From Balanoglossus misakiensis (Eukaryota; Animalia; Hemichordata), in NCBI GenBank assembly GCA_040954595.2, contig CM082585.2:10767995-10831994 (forward strand): a DNA stretch of 64,000 nt, given 5' to 3'. Within the stretch, counting starts at the first letter, position 1; each line of letters begins with the position of its first letter. The notes below the pieces were generated by a model. The model was not told where the DNA came from. It searched no databases and was given only the letters and a program-made list of their open reading frames with translations. This document shows positions 11,513 through 28,397 of the stretch, piece by piece. The translations under genes and the position numbers were made by a program.

Positions 11513-14500
11513 GGTTCTAAAAGGCTGCCTTTGGTGTGTGAAATTGAAATGTGTTTTCGTGTAGGCTGCTAGCGAGGCTGAGTGTAGGGTTCGTTTAAAT
11601 TTTGAGAGACAGCCTTCGTTTATTTCGCCATGTTAGGTTTGCTGCTGTGAGATCAGTGTGTTGCTTCACTTTAATCCTTCATCAAACCCATTAGAGATCA
11701 TCACCAATAAGTTCTCTTCCAGTCGTCGTGCCGTACAGCCAACCTTTCCCTAAATCTGCTCATGCTGTGCCAATTATTACGATACTTAAACATTTAAAAT
11801 TTTGAAATTTGTGTGACTTTTAGAAGTTGTTTTCGAGGCAAGACACATTTTGAAAAAACAATTCTTGGTCAGGTAACTTTTCATGGATGTTAAAAGGACA
11901 CAGAGAGCTGTTCATGAAAGCTACTTGTGTTTGAGAAATGGGGAATGAAAAGTATTCCAAATCTAAAACAGTAAGGCTTGTTGGCAACATGTTTCGGTTC
12001 TAGATGGGTATTAGAAACATTCTAGAGGAAAACCTTATGGATCTTGGTAATTATTTTATTTGGAAGAAAGGAGTGATGGTATGTCTTAATGGATGATGTT
12101 AAAATTTTATGCGAACTTTACACAAACAGTAACCATCCAACATTTATTGGGTTACTGAAGTTCAAAATGCTGCCACAATAGTGTTTGAAAATGAAATGCT
12201 TACCTGTCAACCTTGTGCAATATAGTTTTACATGTGAATAGCAATAGTGAAGTAATTTATTCAATAATTTATTGTATATATTATATATGTTAGCCAGAGA
12301 CATTGAATACATCATGTGGGTAGGGGAACCCACACTTGTTCTGTCTTCTTCTCAGTATCATATTTAAAGTATTAGACTGAATTTTCGCCAAATACTCACA
12401 CTTTTCTTCCCTTTATGGACGACTTGAATATATTTATTGAAACCTGCGGCTGAAGCTCTACACTGCCGTACTTATTTAGTGTTATGAGATGTGTAAGTTT
12501 TTCTAGAATGTGCAATATTTTTAATTAAAACATCTCATCCATGAACACCCAATTTTGTGTACGATCTTGTCTATGTTCTGAATCAATAACATGTCGTTCT
12601 GTTTGTATCTGTGAATAAATATATGTTGTAGAGGGATGTTTAGAAGTTTATTTCAGATAATGAGTTTCGTATCTCAAATGGTGGACATGGTAGGATAATT
12701 CTTTTGTTTTGTTATCGTAGGGCACGAGTGCATTATTGGCTTACAGCATCTACTTGTGGGTACTGACCAATCAGATTGTAGGGTGGTTGTTAATCACTAT
12801 TTTAATATGCACACCTGTACATGCTACTTGACTGACTCGGCCACGGCTAAACGGTGGATTGTGTAAACGTGGCTTGAATTTTTGACTGTTTTTTATCGTT
12901 TTTCACGCCACAGGAAGAGACAAGATCGTGCTTCGTTAAACGAAAACACTTATAAACTGTGAATGGAGGAGAACTGTTGTTAATTTTGGTGATTTATGCG
13001 GTGAAATCGTAGAAAACTGGACGCAAGTAGAAACCACGTTGTCCTGTGTGTGAGTATGCAGGTATACACGAACTACAGTGAGGGCCACTTCCGGTGCCAG
13101 TGCGGCCGCACGCTTCTATTCGATGGGCTGGATGAACAACGAAAAGGTCAACGGAGTTCTCGTGTTGATATAAGGTAACGTTGTATAGCAAAATTTAATT
13201 GAAACGTGTGTACATGATATTAAAGTCATGCTTGCCAGGTAGGCAATTCTAAATTAAAACCTCAGTTGGCATGTGGTTTCCTGGCGTATGCTAACCGTGG
13301 ACGGTCATGTTTCCGAACTCGGGTCACATCACAAGTGGGTCACCCGAAACTTCTTCTTCATTCGATATATTTTTGCCCGTGCTGTCTGATGCAAGTGCGT
13401 CACGTCCAATGGCATACAGCCGTATTTTATTCAACAAGATTGACATCTATTTATAAAAAATAAGGTCACTTCTTAATTATAAAAAAGGAATATAGGATTG
13501 CATAACCCTCAAGCAGTTGACCTTATGATCTATCAAAATCGCATCAATAATTGAATAATAAGGAAATTAAATGAAAAGACGAAACCGGTCTGTATTTGTT
13601 TCTTATCCACCTTCGGCCAAAAACAAAATGAGACACCGTCAAAATTAAATGTAATACCAACACCAACTTATCTCCATATTGTGGTGTTTGGAACGACCAG
13701 ATGTTTCTATCACGCATATTTTTTTCAGTTTACCGCAGGTAATAAAATGTACTTATTTTCCAAAGATGTACATAGTTTTTCTTCAACTCATTTACTCAAC
13801 ATAGGCCTATGTCTGAAGGCCTACAGATCATGTTCTAATCAGCGTCTCAGTTTCCCAAGTACATATATTCTGAGTGAATTACGCAGGGGAAGTAAAATGC
13901 GTATTTGTATTTCCAAGATGCGTAATACAGAAGAAGTTGTCGTTTGTAATCTCGTTGGGGCAGTAGCCGCATTTAATGCGCATGCCTTCAGCGTGAAAGC
14001 GTCCTCTACAGGTCTCATCACGAAAACGTCTGCGTGTACTATGATTATCAAGTATGTCTGTTGACCGGATACCAATCACAGTGCTATTAATCCTTTATAT
14101 TTTATGCTAATTTTACCCATATTTCAGTTGGTGTGACGACCTGAGAAACGCAGAAGTGCTTCACTCGACGTCCTTTGAGTGCCTTGTTGATGAAAACCTT
14201 TATTAGAGCGCCAACTCTTCTGTGTGCACCATACCGACATGTTACAAACACTAACTTGAAGGTAAGGCTGTTTCTGGTCACTGAACCCCAGTAAAGTTTT
14301 TTAAGTATGTATACCCATTAGGTGTTTAGGCGTTCCTTTGATTGTAGTACAATTTGCTGAATATTTCATCTGCGCTACGCAAGATGGTTAACGCAAGGCG
14401 CACGGCGGTTTTCTCCATTTTTGCTCGGGGATTTTCTACTCTAGAATTTGGCAGGGCAGTGGCATCGGGGATGGGGGGGGGGGGGTTCACATTTAAGCAT

Positions 14501-17500
14501 CTGTCCAGAAGGGGGGGGGTGTCACATTGAAAATTGAATTCAAGTCGGGGATATATAACAATGGCTGTAAGACATGCATGTCCAGGTTATGTTGACAAGC
14601 AGATAGGCTCTCAAGGGTGTTCACGATAAGTGAGGTAAATGCTACAGTGGTCTATCCCCGAAACACTTTCTGCGGAACTAGAATAATAAGACACGTCTTG
14701 AAACAACATGGGAGGTTTCTTTGTTCAAGAGAGAAGTTGAAAATGCCAGCGGAGACACACGATGATTGCTTAGAAAATTCCTTTAATAAACAGAGTTTAG
14801 TTTTTGTCAGGTCTTGCCGCCTCAATAACACTGGAACGTTTTCTCTGCCACCTTTCGGCAATTCCATGAATAACAAAAGACAGTTTCTTTGAAATACGAC
14901 TGTGGGTGGTGTTGAGTAGGTGTTGATTTTTGTCAAAACGACCAAAGAAATCAAAGAACTGGGTCGTTCTGATAATAACCTCTTCCTAATGATCTTATAA
15001 ATGGCTATTTTCTGCAACAGTTGCCAGATTGCACTAGTCAAGTAAGCGCCGAGCAGAAATATCGTTCGAGTGTTTGTAAACGACGTGTTTATAAGAAGAT
15101 GAACTAGATTCTGTTCGTTTCTAGTGGGGGATAATAACATTTACTTTGCATCAAGTAGGATGGCGAGCGAGCACGCATAAACCTGGTAAATTCAACTCCG
15201 CGTGTAAAGCACGAAAGCTTAAAAAGTACACACGTCATAAATCGTTTTTAAAAGGTTGGTTTCCCTTACTGTCCAAAACAACACCAGCGGTAACAGAATT
15301 AATGCCTGCAGTGGCAGCACGCACAAGACGATTTACGCCAGCAGTATTTTTGTGAACTGTCTTTGATCGGTGGCTCTTATCGGATTAGAGTGGGGGTTTA
15401 TTCAGAATCCGATTGTGTTTAAATCGTTAATCATTCACGTTGATGGAAGTCGAATTTAACATTTCGATCCGAGTTTGCCAGAAATCTCAAGTTACATTTG
15501 AAATATCAAACCGTGATGTTTATTTCCCCAGCCAGCCGCATCACTTCTCAGTGCATTAGGAACTTTTCAAGTCGATCGTTCGTCAAGAATACGCGTTGAG
15601 TGGAGTCTACTCGGGTTTCTCCATAAAAGCGAAGGATGGCTTATAGCTCGAAGGAAAAACTAACTGTTCGTGCTAGAAAAACTAAAGAGGATATCTACAC
15701 AACACGAAAGTAGCAGGGATACACTTTTCCAATAAAATAGAAACCACAACGCCGTGGCAATTTTTGCTCTCTCGTTCAACATTTTGCGCGGTGAACCCCC
15801 GATTTTCATTCTCAATTTGAAGAGAAAACAATCTAAAGTTGTCTTGAGCAAAATATGAGATAACGTTAAGTTTAAGACTTTGATTTTCCAGGCGCATTTT
15901 CCTTAAAGAAAAAGCTGTTTTGACGAATCGCGCGAAAACAAAACAAACCAAACCAAAGACAAAACAACTTTCCAGAAAAATGAAACAATGTGTAAAAAAA
16001 ACACAACATGAAATGTTTTTCCAAGCTTTCAAAGTGACCTTTTAAATAACTTGTCGCGATAAACACACTTACGTAGACATGCTTCATTCTCACACGTACA
16101 AGAGATATCGATATATCTTCGATATTTTTCTCTTGGGAGAAATTTGTTTAGTCCAATATCGACATTCCTAAATTAGCTTAGTTATGGCATGTAACTAAAG
16201 TCCACTCGTAGGTGCGTTCGATACATTTATTTTTCTTTCGTGCTCGGCGTGCGATAGTGAATATACCGCTGTATACCGCCTTTCTTTCATACACTATTAA
16301 GGTTTTACAACGTAGCTCATTGTATGTTTCAACCCCGGCCCCTTTGCACTGAATATGACAACTGTTACTTTAGTAAGGAAACGCCTGAATATACGATTAA
16401 AATCACACAAGTATCTCAGTGACAGTTGAATCGTACAAAGGGAGGCACACAAAAACCACAATGTATTATGTTCTGAAGAAGATTATAATGGTTGAATATA
16501 TGGATTATGTTTGCCAATGTCCCCTGAAGTTATATTGACTGAAGATTACGCACAGAGAAATACAAAGGAAAGTGAAATTCCCCTTTGGTCTTTTTTTCTA
16601 AATGAGATTTTGATAAGTAATTAAGCCCGGATTGCATTTAGAATATTGAAATTTGGGTAGATATCTTCCTTTGAGTTGCGTTTTATGTATTTCTACATCG
16701 ATCGCAATGCATTTTGTTGCCAATTTTGCTTGACAGTTTACTACCTTTCAACTCATCACAATTTTTGACTAACCCCTAATGCGATCATTGGCTTTCACTT
16801 TAAAAAAATCATTGGATAAAACTTGAAGAAAATTGGGCGCCGCTTAGTGGCGAGGCAGAATACATGACATCGTCCAAGTACTGCACTTTCCACGCAGACA
16901 TGCAACTGTCACGTTTATTAAACAACTTGAAGCAAGACGTACATTGCAAAAGATGCCGCGATTTATATCTGGAAGCCACAATGTGCTCGAATAGCCGAGG
17001 CGCGCACGGACTTTTCTGGCTACACAAATGTACCTTGTCAGCATCAAAGCCAGCGAAACAGGGATTCTTCGAAGGTAGACATTAGTTAGATCTTATTCTA
17101 AGAAGTTCTATGATAGATATGGAGCTGTTATGTCTTCACATGACATTTCTGTTGCTCGAACGATGAGTGACAACGTTCCTGGATTTGACTCACAGCAGTG
17201 TCTTGGTGGCAATGCAAAATTTGCGCTCGAATCTTTATGTGCAGATTGGTCTCTCAGGCTGTGACTTGTGAATGCAAAGACCAAACCCAGCTGGACTTGT
17301 ACGTTCTTGTGGTGTTCCTAGTTGGAGATTTTTACAACGTGCCGCCTGTGGCGTACTCCACTATTCGAAAAATATTTGTGAGAATCACGAAATCCTTGAA
17401 ATTTTAGGATTTTTGTTTGTTTTCCTGAGTTTTCATTTTTGTCTGTGATTTTGCCTCGTTTCTTTTGTTATAACGTCAATCAGCTCTCTTGGTGTTGAAC

Positions 17501-20500
17501 GTTCGAGTGAAAATTTTCATTTCGGATGCAATTTTTTTATTATATTATTGTGAAAAAACGACTCGAGTCTCTAAAAACCCAGCAAGTCTCTTTGCAAGTC
17601 GAAAATTTCTGATATATGAATTCTGTGATTTCTAATAGTACATCCGTTATCTCGTAAATAAATACTTTCCCCAATATCAGCGGGGCATTTGCTATGTCGA
17701 ACAGAAAAAGTATATCATCAAAAGAAATTATACTTTTCTTCTGTTGAAGCATACGTCGATATGTAATTGCTTCCCCACCCAATTCGCATTTCTTCGAAAC
17801 CGTACATATTACATAGAAATGGTAGGGGGTCAAAACATTTGGTACGCTTTCGAAAATTGAAAACGAGTCGTGTGTATAACACAGTTCGAAGCCGCGTTTG
17901 GTAATTAAAAACTGGGTCACAATACCACTGTCGTGAGTGCTCGCCAAAACGTATTTAATATCTCTTTCTCCGGAAGATACCCATGTATAATGATTACCAT
18001 AATATTCGCAAACGCAATTAGAACATTTTCCGAACTCCACGAGACACCGCGAGATCTCTCGTGGCCAGGTAGTTGATATGGGACGCCGCATACAAACAAC
18101 ACATGGTTCATCTTGTTAAACGGCACAAAAGTTGCAACTCTGCACTCTGCACCTATTCTAGTTTTTTTACAAAGCTTGAGTTGAGCTACTTGGCCAGCAA
18201 CTCGTTGTGACGGTCATTAACCAAGTATCGCGAGATTATCGGAAGGAGCGGAAAATCGTCTATTACGCTAGGTGCTCTGATATTGCCGTAATAACCCCTA
18301 CAGTCTTCTTTGTAAAGAACCTCGATGTAACGAGTGCAAATAGATCCTCGAATTGAAGGCGGAAAATTATAGATCAAAGGACGACGCTATTCCACAGAAA
18401 TTATTTACTTTGCTTATAATAGAGGTCACAGGTCTCTATTGTGAAATGCGTCTACACTTGAACAAATATATTTCCGGCCGAGTTCATGAACTATATTTCT
18501 TGTTTTAGCTATATGACCTGGCCATTTTACCTCATATAATTTTAAACACAGGTCTGTGTAGCAATAGAAACAGCAATTTTTATCAGAGCCTCAATACTCA
18601 TAAAAAATTCATCCAGCTTTCGTTATCCTAATGCACAGAAATATCTCTTTCGGATAATGCCAGATTTTGATTAGGTTCTGGCGGCTGAACACGTCGACAT
18701 TTGCATTGTACATGTATACAGCAATCAAAAGGGTTTAATATTTAAATACCTAAACCTCACACCAAGAACATATAAACCGTAGGCATGAAAGATACTATTT
18801 ATCCCCAGAGGCGTGTTAGCATCATCGAAACGGTTCATTTGAATAAATGTACTGTATGTATCAGTTTGCTTGTCTTTGCTGACACAGGTTCATATTGCAA
18901 AAGTTTCAGATAATTCCATAAATTCGACCTATCATTTTTTTCCGCATGAAAGACTGGTGTGGACAAAGTAGACGTCATTCACATAAGGATGCAAGGAAGA
19001 AGGCTCGAACCTTCAACATACCGAGGCTACGGCCTGATTGAATTTGGGAGGCTGATTTAAAAGAACGGATATTATTTTCTTGTCGCTCCCTCGATAAAGT
19101 AAAATGTCGAAACTACAAAATTAATAATCACATCGGATTTAATCGAGTAAGTGCTTTAAATATCATGTGTGAGTTTTAACGCCCCCTTCAAATGACGCGA
19201 TCATAAAGTTACCACTGAGGGCGCTAGTTTGCCCGTTCCTTAAAAACCAATGGACTTTCCGCACGAAAATTGACTTTGTCCTTACTGCAGTTGATAGGAA
19301 TCGGATCGTTGAAAGTTTTGAACCAAGAATAGTTCAAACTAGACTCTCCTCAAAAATTCGTAGTTACTTTAGCTGTGCAAGCATGTTCCTTCAGGTTGAA
19401 ACGTGCGGAAATGTTCAAATATTAACAGATACATATTTCGGACGAACGCAATTTGTTGCCATGACGATCGAATGAGCGTGCGTAATAGAAGCCACTTCGT
19501 GATATCTGGTGTCCATGGACAGGAAGCTGAGAGTTTCTAAATTGGTATCCTCAGGCGAGTGAAGTATTTGTCGATGAAATTAACTTGTAAGTCTAAATAT
19601 CAAACATATGATGTGGATGTTGTTAAGTTTATCATTATTCGTGATCTGGGCACCTAGTTTGTCAGCTTTATCTAAAAACAAGGGGTGGATTGACTTGGAG
19701 AATACTGCAATAGAAAACACGAAACTGACGCAAAAAACATAAACATCTAATGCCAACAAAAACGTAAGCGATTAAACTAGGCGTTTGGAGCTGTGGCTTA
19801 AACACAACACATAGAGCCTTAAAGGCTGTTTTGGCTCGGCGTCAGAAATGGTGGTCATCATCAGACACGCCACGAGATCTGTAGAATTTGTTTTTGATCA
19901 GTTCCGACCTCTATGTAAAATTGTCACCAAAGATGCGTCAATTGAGTGACATTAATGATGCTTTTAAGTTGAGATCTTAAGGTTTTCAGAACTGAGTCCC
20001 TCTATCTCAGTGATAGAGACTGTGACAGAACTGATTTAGTTTTCCCCTGGTGCAAAGTAGCAACCAACAGCTCTAGTCTGGTCGCCGTGAGGATATACTT
20101 GATGAAACAAAGCTAAGCCGATCGCTCCTCGTCACAAGCACGATCGTGGAGAACTCCTTCGGCGAAAGTTATCCTTCAGTCCAATCACAAAGCAAATCGT
20201 AGCGAGGAGGACCGTGTTTTTTTTTCACCCAGGGTGTTGAGCGTTCCAAGAATATTGTGATTATAATCCCAATCTGAATAGCTGAAAATCTCATGAAAGC
20301 CGGTTCTTCTGAAAATTCGATGTGTTTCCTGCACCACGAGGAAAGTAATGTGCTTCGCAATTTGCTATTCAAATATCAAAGAAGATGTAAACATGTGTCT
20401 AGTACCCATTAATAATTCGGAGTAGAAAACAGGAAACGAAAACATGGGGCTAAATTGTATTCTGTCACGAAAGTATTGGCTCCAGGAAAACCAACTATCT

Positions 20501-22343
20501 GAAAAGATATATTCATTAGCAATAATCGAGGTCTGTAGTGCTATACACGAGTTGAAAAACATTCCTCCAGGGTATGTGTGAACGTATCGTTTCCACGAAC
20601 AATTAGCTAATGCATATATTAAGACGGACATGCAGGACATCTTGACCCGAATTAAAGGAAAAATTATAAAACTCCCTTCCTTGAATTTCAGTGTAGGTGC
20701 ATGAGACTTGTGCCGACGCACACTTAAACGAAAAACAAACCATATTTGCATATGCGGGTGTTGCACATTTGACGACACTCCCAGAAAGTAAGAGTATTGT
20801 TGTATTTTTAAAAGGACAGCTTTGGTGCGCCAACCTTCAGTAAACTTTCTTTGGTTGTGAACTTTGAAATCAATACATAAAAAAGAAATAAATTGTACAC
20901 TCGTGACTACATTTTACATTTATGTAAATTAGGCGCTGTTGCAACCACTTACACTGTAGACTTGTAATACGTCATATCTGGGACTGCCTTAAAAGCGCCC
21001 GGCCAATAAAGTTGTTGCAGTCAGTCCTAGGATTGTCCCTTTTGACTCACACTGACTGAACGAAACTGTCATGCTGAAGACACTGATGGCGTGTTAAACA
21101 GTTCTTGTCAGTGAACAATTTGCCTGTTTGGATGGTATGTAAGATGATACGGACATATTTCTGACAAATGTTGGCATAGGTGACATATTATAGTTATTGA
21201 AAGATCGTTGTATGTTGCAGCAGTTGTCATTGGTTACACTTGTAATTGTCAGTACATTGCGTGTATTTTCTGTCCGTCCACAGTCTTCAAGTCTTGTTCA
21301 TTCGAAAAATGACCGATATCATGCGTATTTATTTTTATTTATTAGTAAACATTTCATTTGTATTACAGCGAGAAATCGACGATCAATCATCCATCAATCA
21401 GACTAACGAAGTCACGTGACGTTGAAGGAGAGATAAGATTGTTCAAGTCTGGCATCAGCTGTAATTGGGTAAGTCATTTTTTTTTCATTTTCCAGTCATT
21501 GCTTGCGTCATGTTGTGATTGTGATAGATGCTAACGTTATTGCCCGCTGCCATCGTTGCCTTGTTAACATTACCCATTGCTGCCCTGTGTCGCTTTGGTC
21601 ATTTCACTTTCGCCTCGCCGCTTGTGTCCAATCAACCGCCATTGCCTTGTCAGTATTGCACAGTGGTGCCCCTGTATTTCGTTGCCTTCTCATATTGCCC
21701 ACCCGCTTCGTCCAATAACCAATGACCACTACCAACAATATGTCCTGGAACTACCAACCACTGCGTGTATCCTCATGCCACTATGTCGTTGCTGGTCCAT
21801 TCTTACCAAGGCCAATCACGGTTTCCCTGTCCTGTCACTATTGCCTTGCACTATTAATGTATGTTGCTAGTGACCGGCTGCTATTACCCGCTCTCAGTCA
21901 ACCCTGGCCAATATTGCACCGCTAATTTGCATGGCCACTCCGCGGTAAGAACTTATTAAAAGTCCCGTGGTTCGCTTCATCTTCATCACTCGCGTTTGAA
22001 AACTGAACCAACCTCCTTTTGCCTAACAGGGTTCCGAGAGACCCAGGGGGAAAAGATTATCAATTAAACTGTAGCGTTAAAGAAAGAAGAAAGCCCGGCA
22101 ACTTTCAAGGGACGAGAGTTCATCATTGTGAAGACTTTTCGCTCAAGCCCGTCTCGTTGACATTGAAAAATATTTCAACTAAAGCACATTATTACCTTTT
22201 GTAATCCAGTGTTTTTACGTACTAACTCATGTCTTAGTATTTCACTTAGTCACACTACAGAACTGAATTTTTTTGAGCATAGGATTTTTTAGTAGTTTCT
22301 TACATCTTCAATTTCATAAACTATTATTGATTTGCCATCCAAC

Positions 22344-23582
22344 ATGGCGGCAAATAATACAACTGAACTGGAATCTTCAACAGATTTGAGTTCTGGTTCC
22401 AGTTCATCGTCTGATAGATTTCTTACCAAATATCAAATACTGATTTTGAATTCAAGCATTGGTAGTTTAGGAATAATAGGAAACGTATTGGTCTGTTTTG
22501 TCTTTTCCAAGATGAAGGGTCATATGCGCACGCTCACAAATCTGTTCATTTTCAACCAATCGGTTATCGACTTGGCCACATCGGTAGCATTCCTAATACG
22601 GAAATGCAGTCCGAGCATTGTCGTTCCCGTTGGTGTGGCTGGAGATTTGTATTGCATGTTTTGGAAATCTGGTTTCGTCAGCTGGTCACTGTTGATGGCC
22701 TCGTCTCTCAATCTCACCACTCTGACCTTAGAGCGCTACCTTGCCGTTGTCCATCCGATCACCTATCGAAATCGGATAACTCGACGGCATGTGGTGACGT
22801 TCGTCATCCCCTTCATCTGGGTGGTTCCATTCCTGTTGGAGCTGTTCTGGGCATTTGCCAATTTCAACAGTGGCACCGGCAGGTGCTACATTGAATGGTA
22901 CAGTGTGGTGGCCTCCAAGTTGTCTGGTGTTCTGTATTTTATGGAAGAATGGCTCATTCCACTCACGGTTATTGTGTTTTCCTACACACGGATAATATTT
23001 CACCTTCTCGGGCGTTCGCGAGAGTCCAAAAAGCGTGGGCCCGTGCAAGTGCAGCCGGCAGGGTCCTCCCGTCCAGAAGGAGTCAGTACGGTCAGTGCTT
23101 TGAATCCGGCCACAAACACACTGACACCCGTACAGACGAACCCAGTTAGCAGTGCCCCCGAAAGTGGAGCTTGTTCCGACCAGAGGCCAACAGAGGCCAG
23201 TGTCCGTCCAGGCGAGGGCCAAGCTAACGTAAAGACGGGGGATAAAATATTTGAGCGCTCTCGTAGAAACGTGACAAAAACCATGTTTGTCATTGCCGTG
23301 GCGTACTTGATTTGTTGGACACCGCAGGCAATTTGGTTTTTCCTTTACAACGTCACAGAACTCGTCCCGTTATACTCTCGCTTTCACGACGTCGCTGTGT
23401 TGATGGCCTACACAAACCTTTGCATAAACCCTTTCATTTACGCCTTCCAGTACCAACCGTTCCGCGACGGTCTTAGAAGCAGTTTTACGTGTGGTAGGAA
23501 CAAAGTCTCCGACGTTAACTCCAGTTGTACTGAAAGCACGGCGGTTGGTCTCACCGCTCGTAGTACCATGGCTGCACCCTAG
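22344..23582 (+). CDS. Class A (rhodopsin-like) GPCR, galanin/allatostatin-receptor-like orphan, uninterrupted CDS, 412 aa
   Basis: ATG at 22344 (the track starts at TTG 22332). Seven hydrophobic segments carry family motifs: GN in TM1, NQSVIDL in TM2, LERY in TM3, W..P in TM4, CWTP in TM6, NPFIY in TM7. There is an N-terminal NNT glycosylation sequon and a long Ser/Pro/Thr-rich ICL3. Confidence 0.93.
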   Translation: MAANNTTELESSTDLSSGSSSSSDRFLTKYQILILNSSIGSLGIIGNVLVCFVFSKMKGHMRTLTNLFIFNQSVIDLATSVAFLIRKCSPSIVVPVGVAGDLYCMFWKSGFVSWSLLMASSLNLTTLTLERYLAVVHPITYRNRITRRHVVTFVIPFIWVVPFLLELFWAFANFNSGTGRCYIEWYSVVASKLSGVLYFMEEWLIPLTVIVFSYTRIIFHLLGRSRESKKRGPVQVQPAGSSRPEGVSTVSALNPATNTLTPVQTNPVSSAPESGACSDQRPTEASVRPGEGQANVKTGDKIFERSRRNVTKTMFVIAVAYLICWTPQAIWFFLYNVTELVPLYSRFHDVAVLMAYTNLCINPFIYAFQYQPFRDGLRSSFTCGRNKVSDVNSSCTESTAVGLTARSTMAAP

Positions 23583-25022
23583 TTGTTTTCTAGACCGTAG
23601 ATCAGCCTTGGCGGGTGTCCGCTATCCTTTTCATGTGTTATGAACCAGTGACATGATGAAACTCATCTGTAAATCATTTCTTCACCATACTTAGGCCTAT
23701 AGTACGATACACCACTTCCTTATGTGTCTTATGTGTCTCATGATCCTACTTTTATATAAGTGTATATAACGTCTTCTATTTATCTCATATATTTTGTATT
23801 TAATCCTACACATAATATTTTATCACTGAAATTAATACACTGCACCCTATCGCCATGCTTATGACGCAATCGTTAATGTATGACATTTCACAGATTTTAA
23901 TTGTGATGTAATATTTTCTTGTTTGCAACTAACAATTTGTATAAACATCGTTGATATCGCAGAATTTTTTCCCACTTAATTTCTTGCATACGACTTCTGA
24001 AACTATTTTGATCGATCGATCAACTGATTGGTTGATTCTTTTTTCTGTGTATTCATTATATTATATAACGCTACTAAGACTTTTCTGATAATGGATTCCA
24101 TACATTTGGTTCCCATCTTTCTGTTTCTATGTTATAATTTATTCTCATGATATAATTACTTGCACTTAATTATACTCAATTAATATATAAATTATTGTAT
24201 TATTTGTCACCTCTAATATTTGTTCTTGTATCGCTCTTGCAATTTTCGGGTGTTCTTGAACACCAACGAATGTGTCTCCTTTCATAAGCTTCTAAGACTA
24301 ACATATAAATCTAGGCTGAGGACTAATTTTATTCCAACTGCTGAAGCTGTTTTTCTTATATGAATTTGGCATATACTGCCTGGGGTATGTTCAATGTCGT
24401 TTCAATAATCCTTACTCTATCAGTATCCGATATACTTGAAAAAGGTTACATCCATTAGTCTATATTATTTTTCCCGATTTCAAAATGGCGGAAAGATGCA
24501 TGATGTCTTCTTTCTCGGCCCCCACATTTATGCGAGAAGTTGCTGTATACCGTTCAAGAAATGTCTAGAAATGGGCATTCGCGTATTTTTTTTAAAATAT
24601 CAAATTAATCGTGTTTCATCTCGAAAATGATAAGTGCTCAATGTATTAGCGAAAGAGCATGCGCAGTATATCAAAATATGAAAGAGGTAAGAGATCAGAA
24701 ATCATCACTCAGTCGCTACTCAGCGTTTCACGCTACGTAAGTGGAAAGATACGAGATGACTGACACAGCAGTTTTCAGATACCCATCACGAATTCAGTTT
24801 ATATTTCTTAAGGCATAGCCAAGCTTTTTCAAATTTCATTTCTTGGTTATAATCCCTTATTAATTTGTGCCCGATGGCTTGCTACCCCTTTCCTGTGATT
24901 CTAAAATTCCCAGCCTTCAGTGCTGAGTGCAAAGCCTTGGGCTTTCGGGACTCCACTAGATATAATTACTCAGCGGTTCATCGGCAAATCTCAAAGATGG
25001 TAAAATGCGATATAAATTAGTA

Positions 25023-27976
<2,954 letters not shown>

Positions 27977-28397
27977 TCTCTTCGCGTTTTTACACGGGAT
28001 ATAGTTTATATTTCTTGCGAATAAATGAGTATATAATACATGTACCAGGTTCCTGCGATGCATGTCATGTAAGTTGCCCGAGGGTGACGCTTGAGGGCGC
28101 CCAAATAATCGCTTTTACGAACACGTCACACGTATTCACATGTTAAATAAATTGCTGATTTCTGCAAAAGTGATGCCCAATATGCGTCGTGCGTGGTGCA
28201 CAAACCACCAAACATGGAACGAGAAATTAAAATTTTGATTATTTATTTCCTTCAAACATAAATTGTCCACTTGACATACGAAATCTTATAATATCTCTGA
28301 TATTAGAGTATTCATACATCTTCTTGTAATTGAAATTGTACCACAAATTTAGGGTTTTGCTTGTTTTCACGGTCTGTTCGTCTGGCGCCTGAATCCA

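Noticed and set aside
16809-17085. CxxC-containing short ORFs resembling a zinc finger
   Set aside because: CTSCFKLFNKRDSCMSAW lacks the His ligands, and there is no supporting exon chain.
13681-20833. Several 120-180 aa ORFs (13681-14064, 14652-15140, 17540-18091, 20365-20778)
   Set aside because: No recognisable motifs, mostly non-ATG starts and composition typical of AT-rich non-coding DNA. They may include old repeat fragments that I cannot classify.
22520-23293. Overlapping alternative-frame and antisense ORFs in the GPCR
   Set aside because: Shadow ORFs of a GC-richer coding region.
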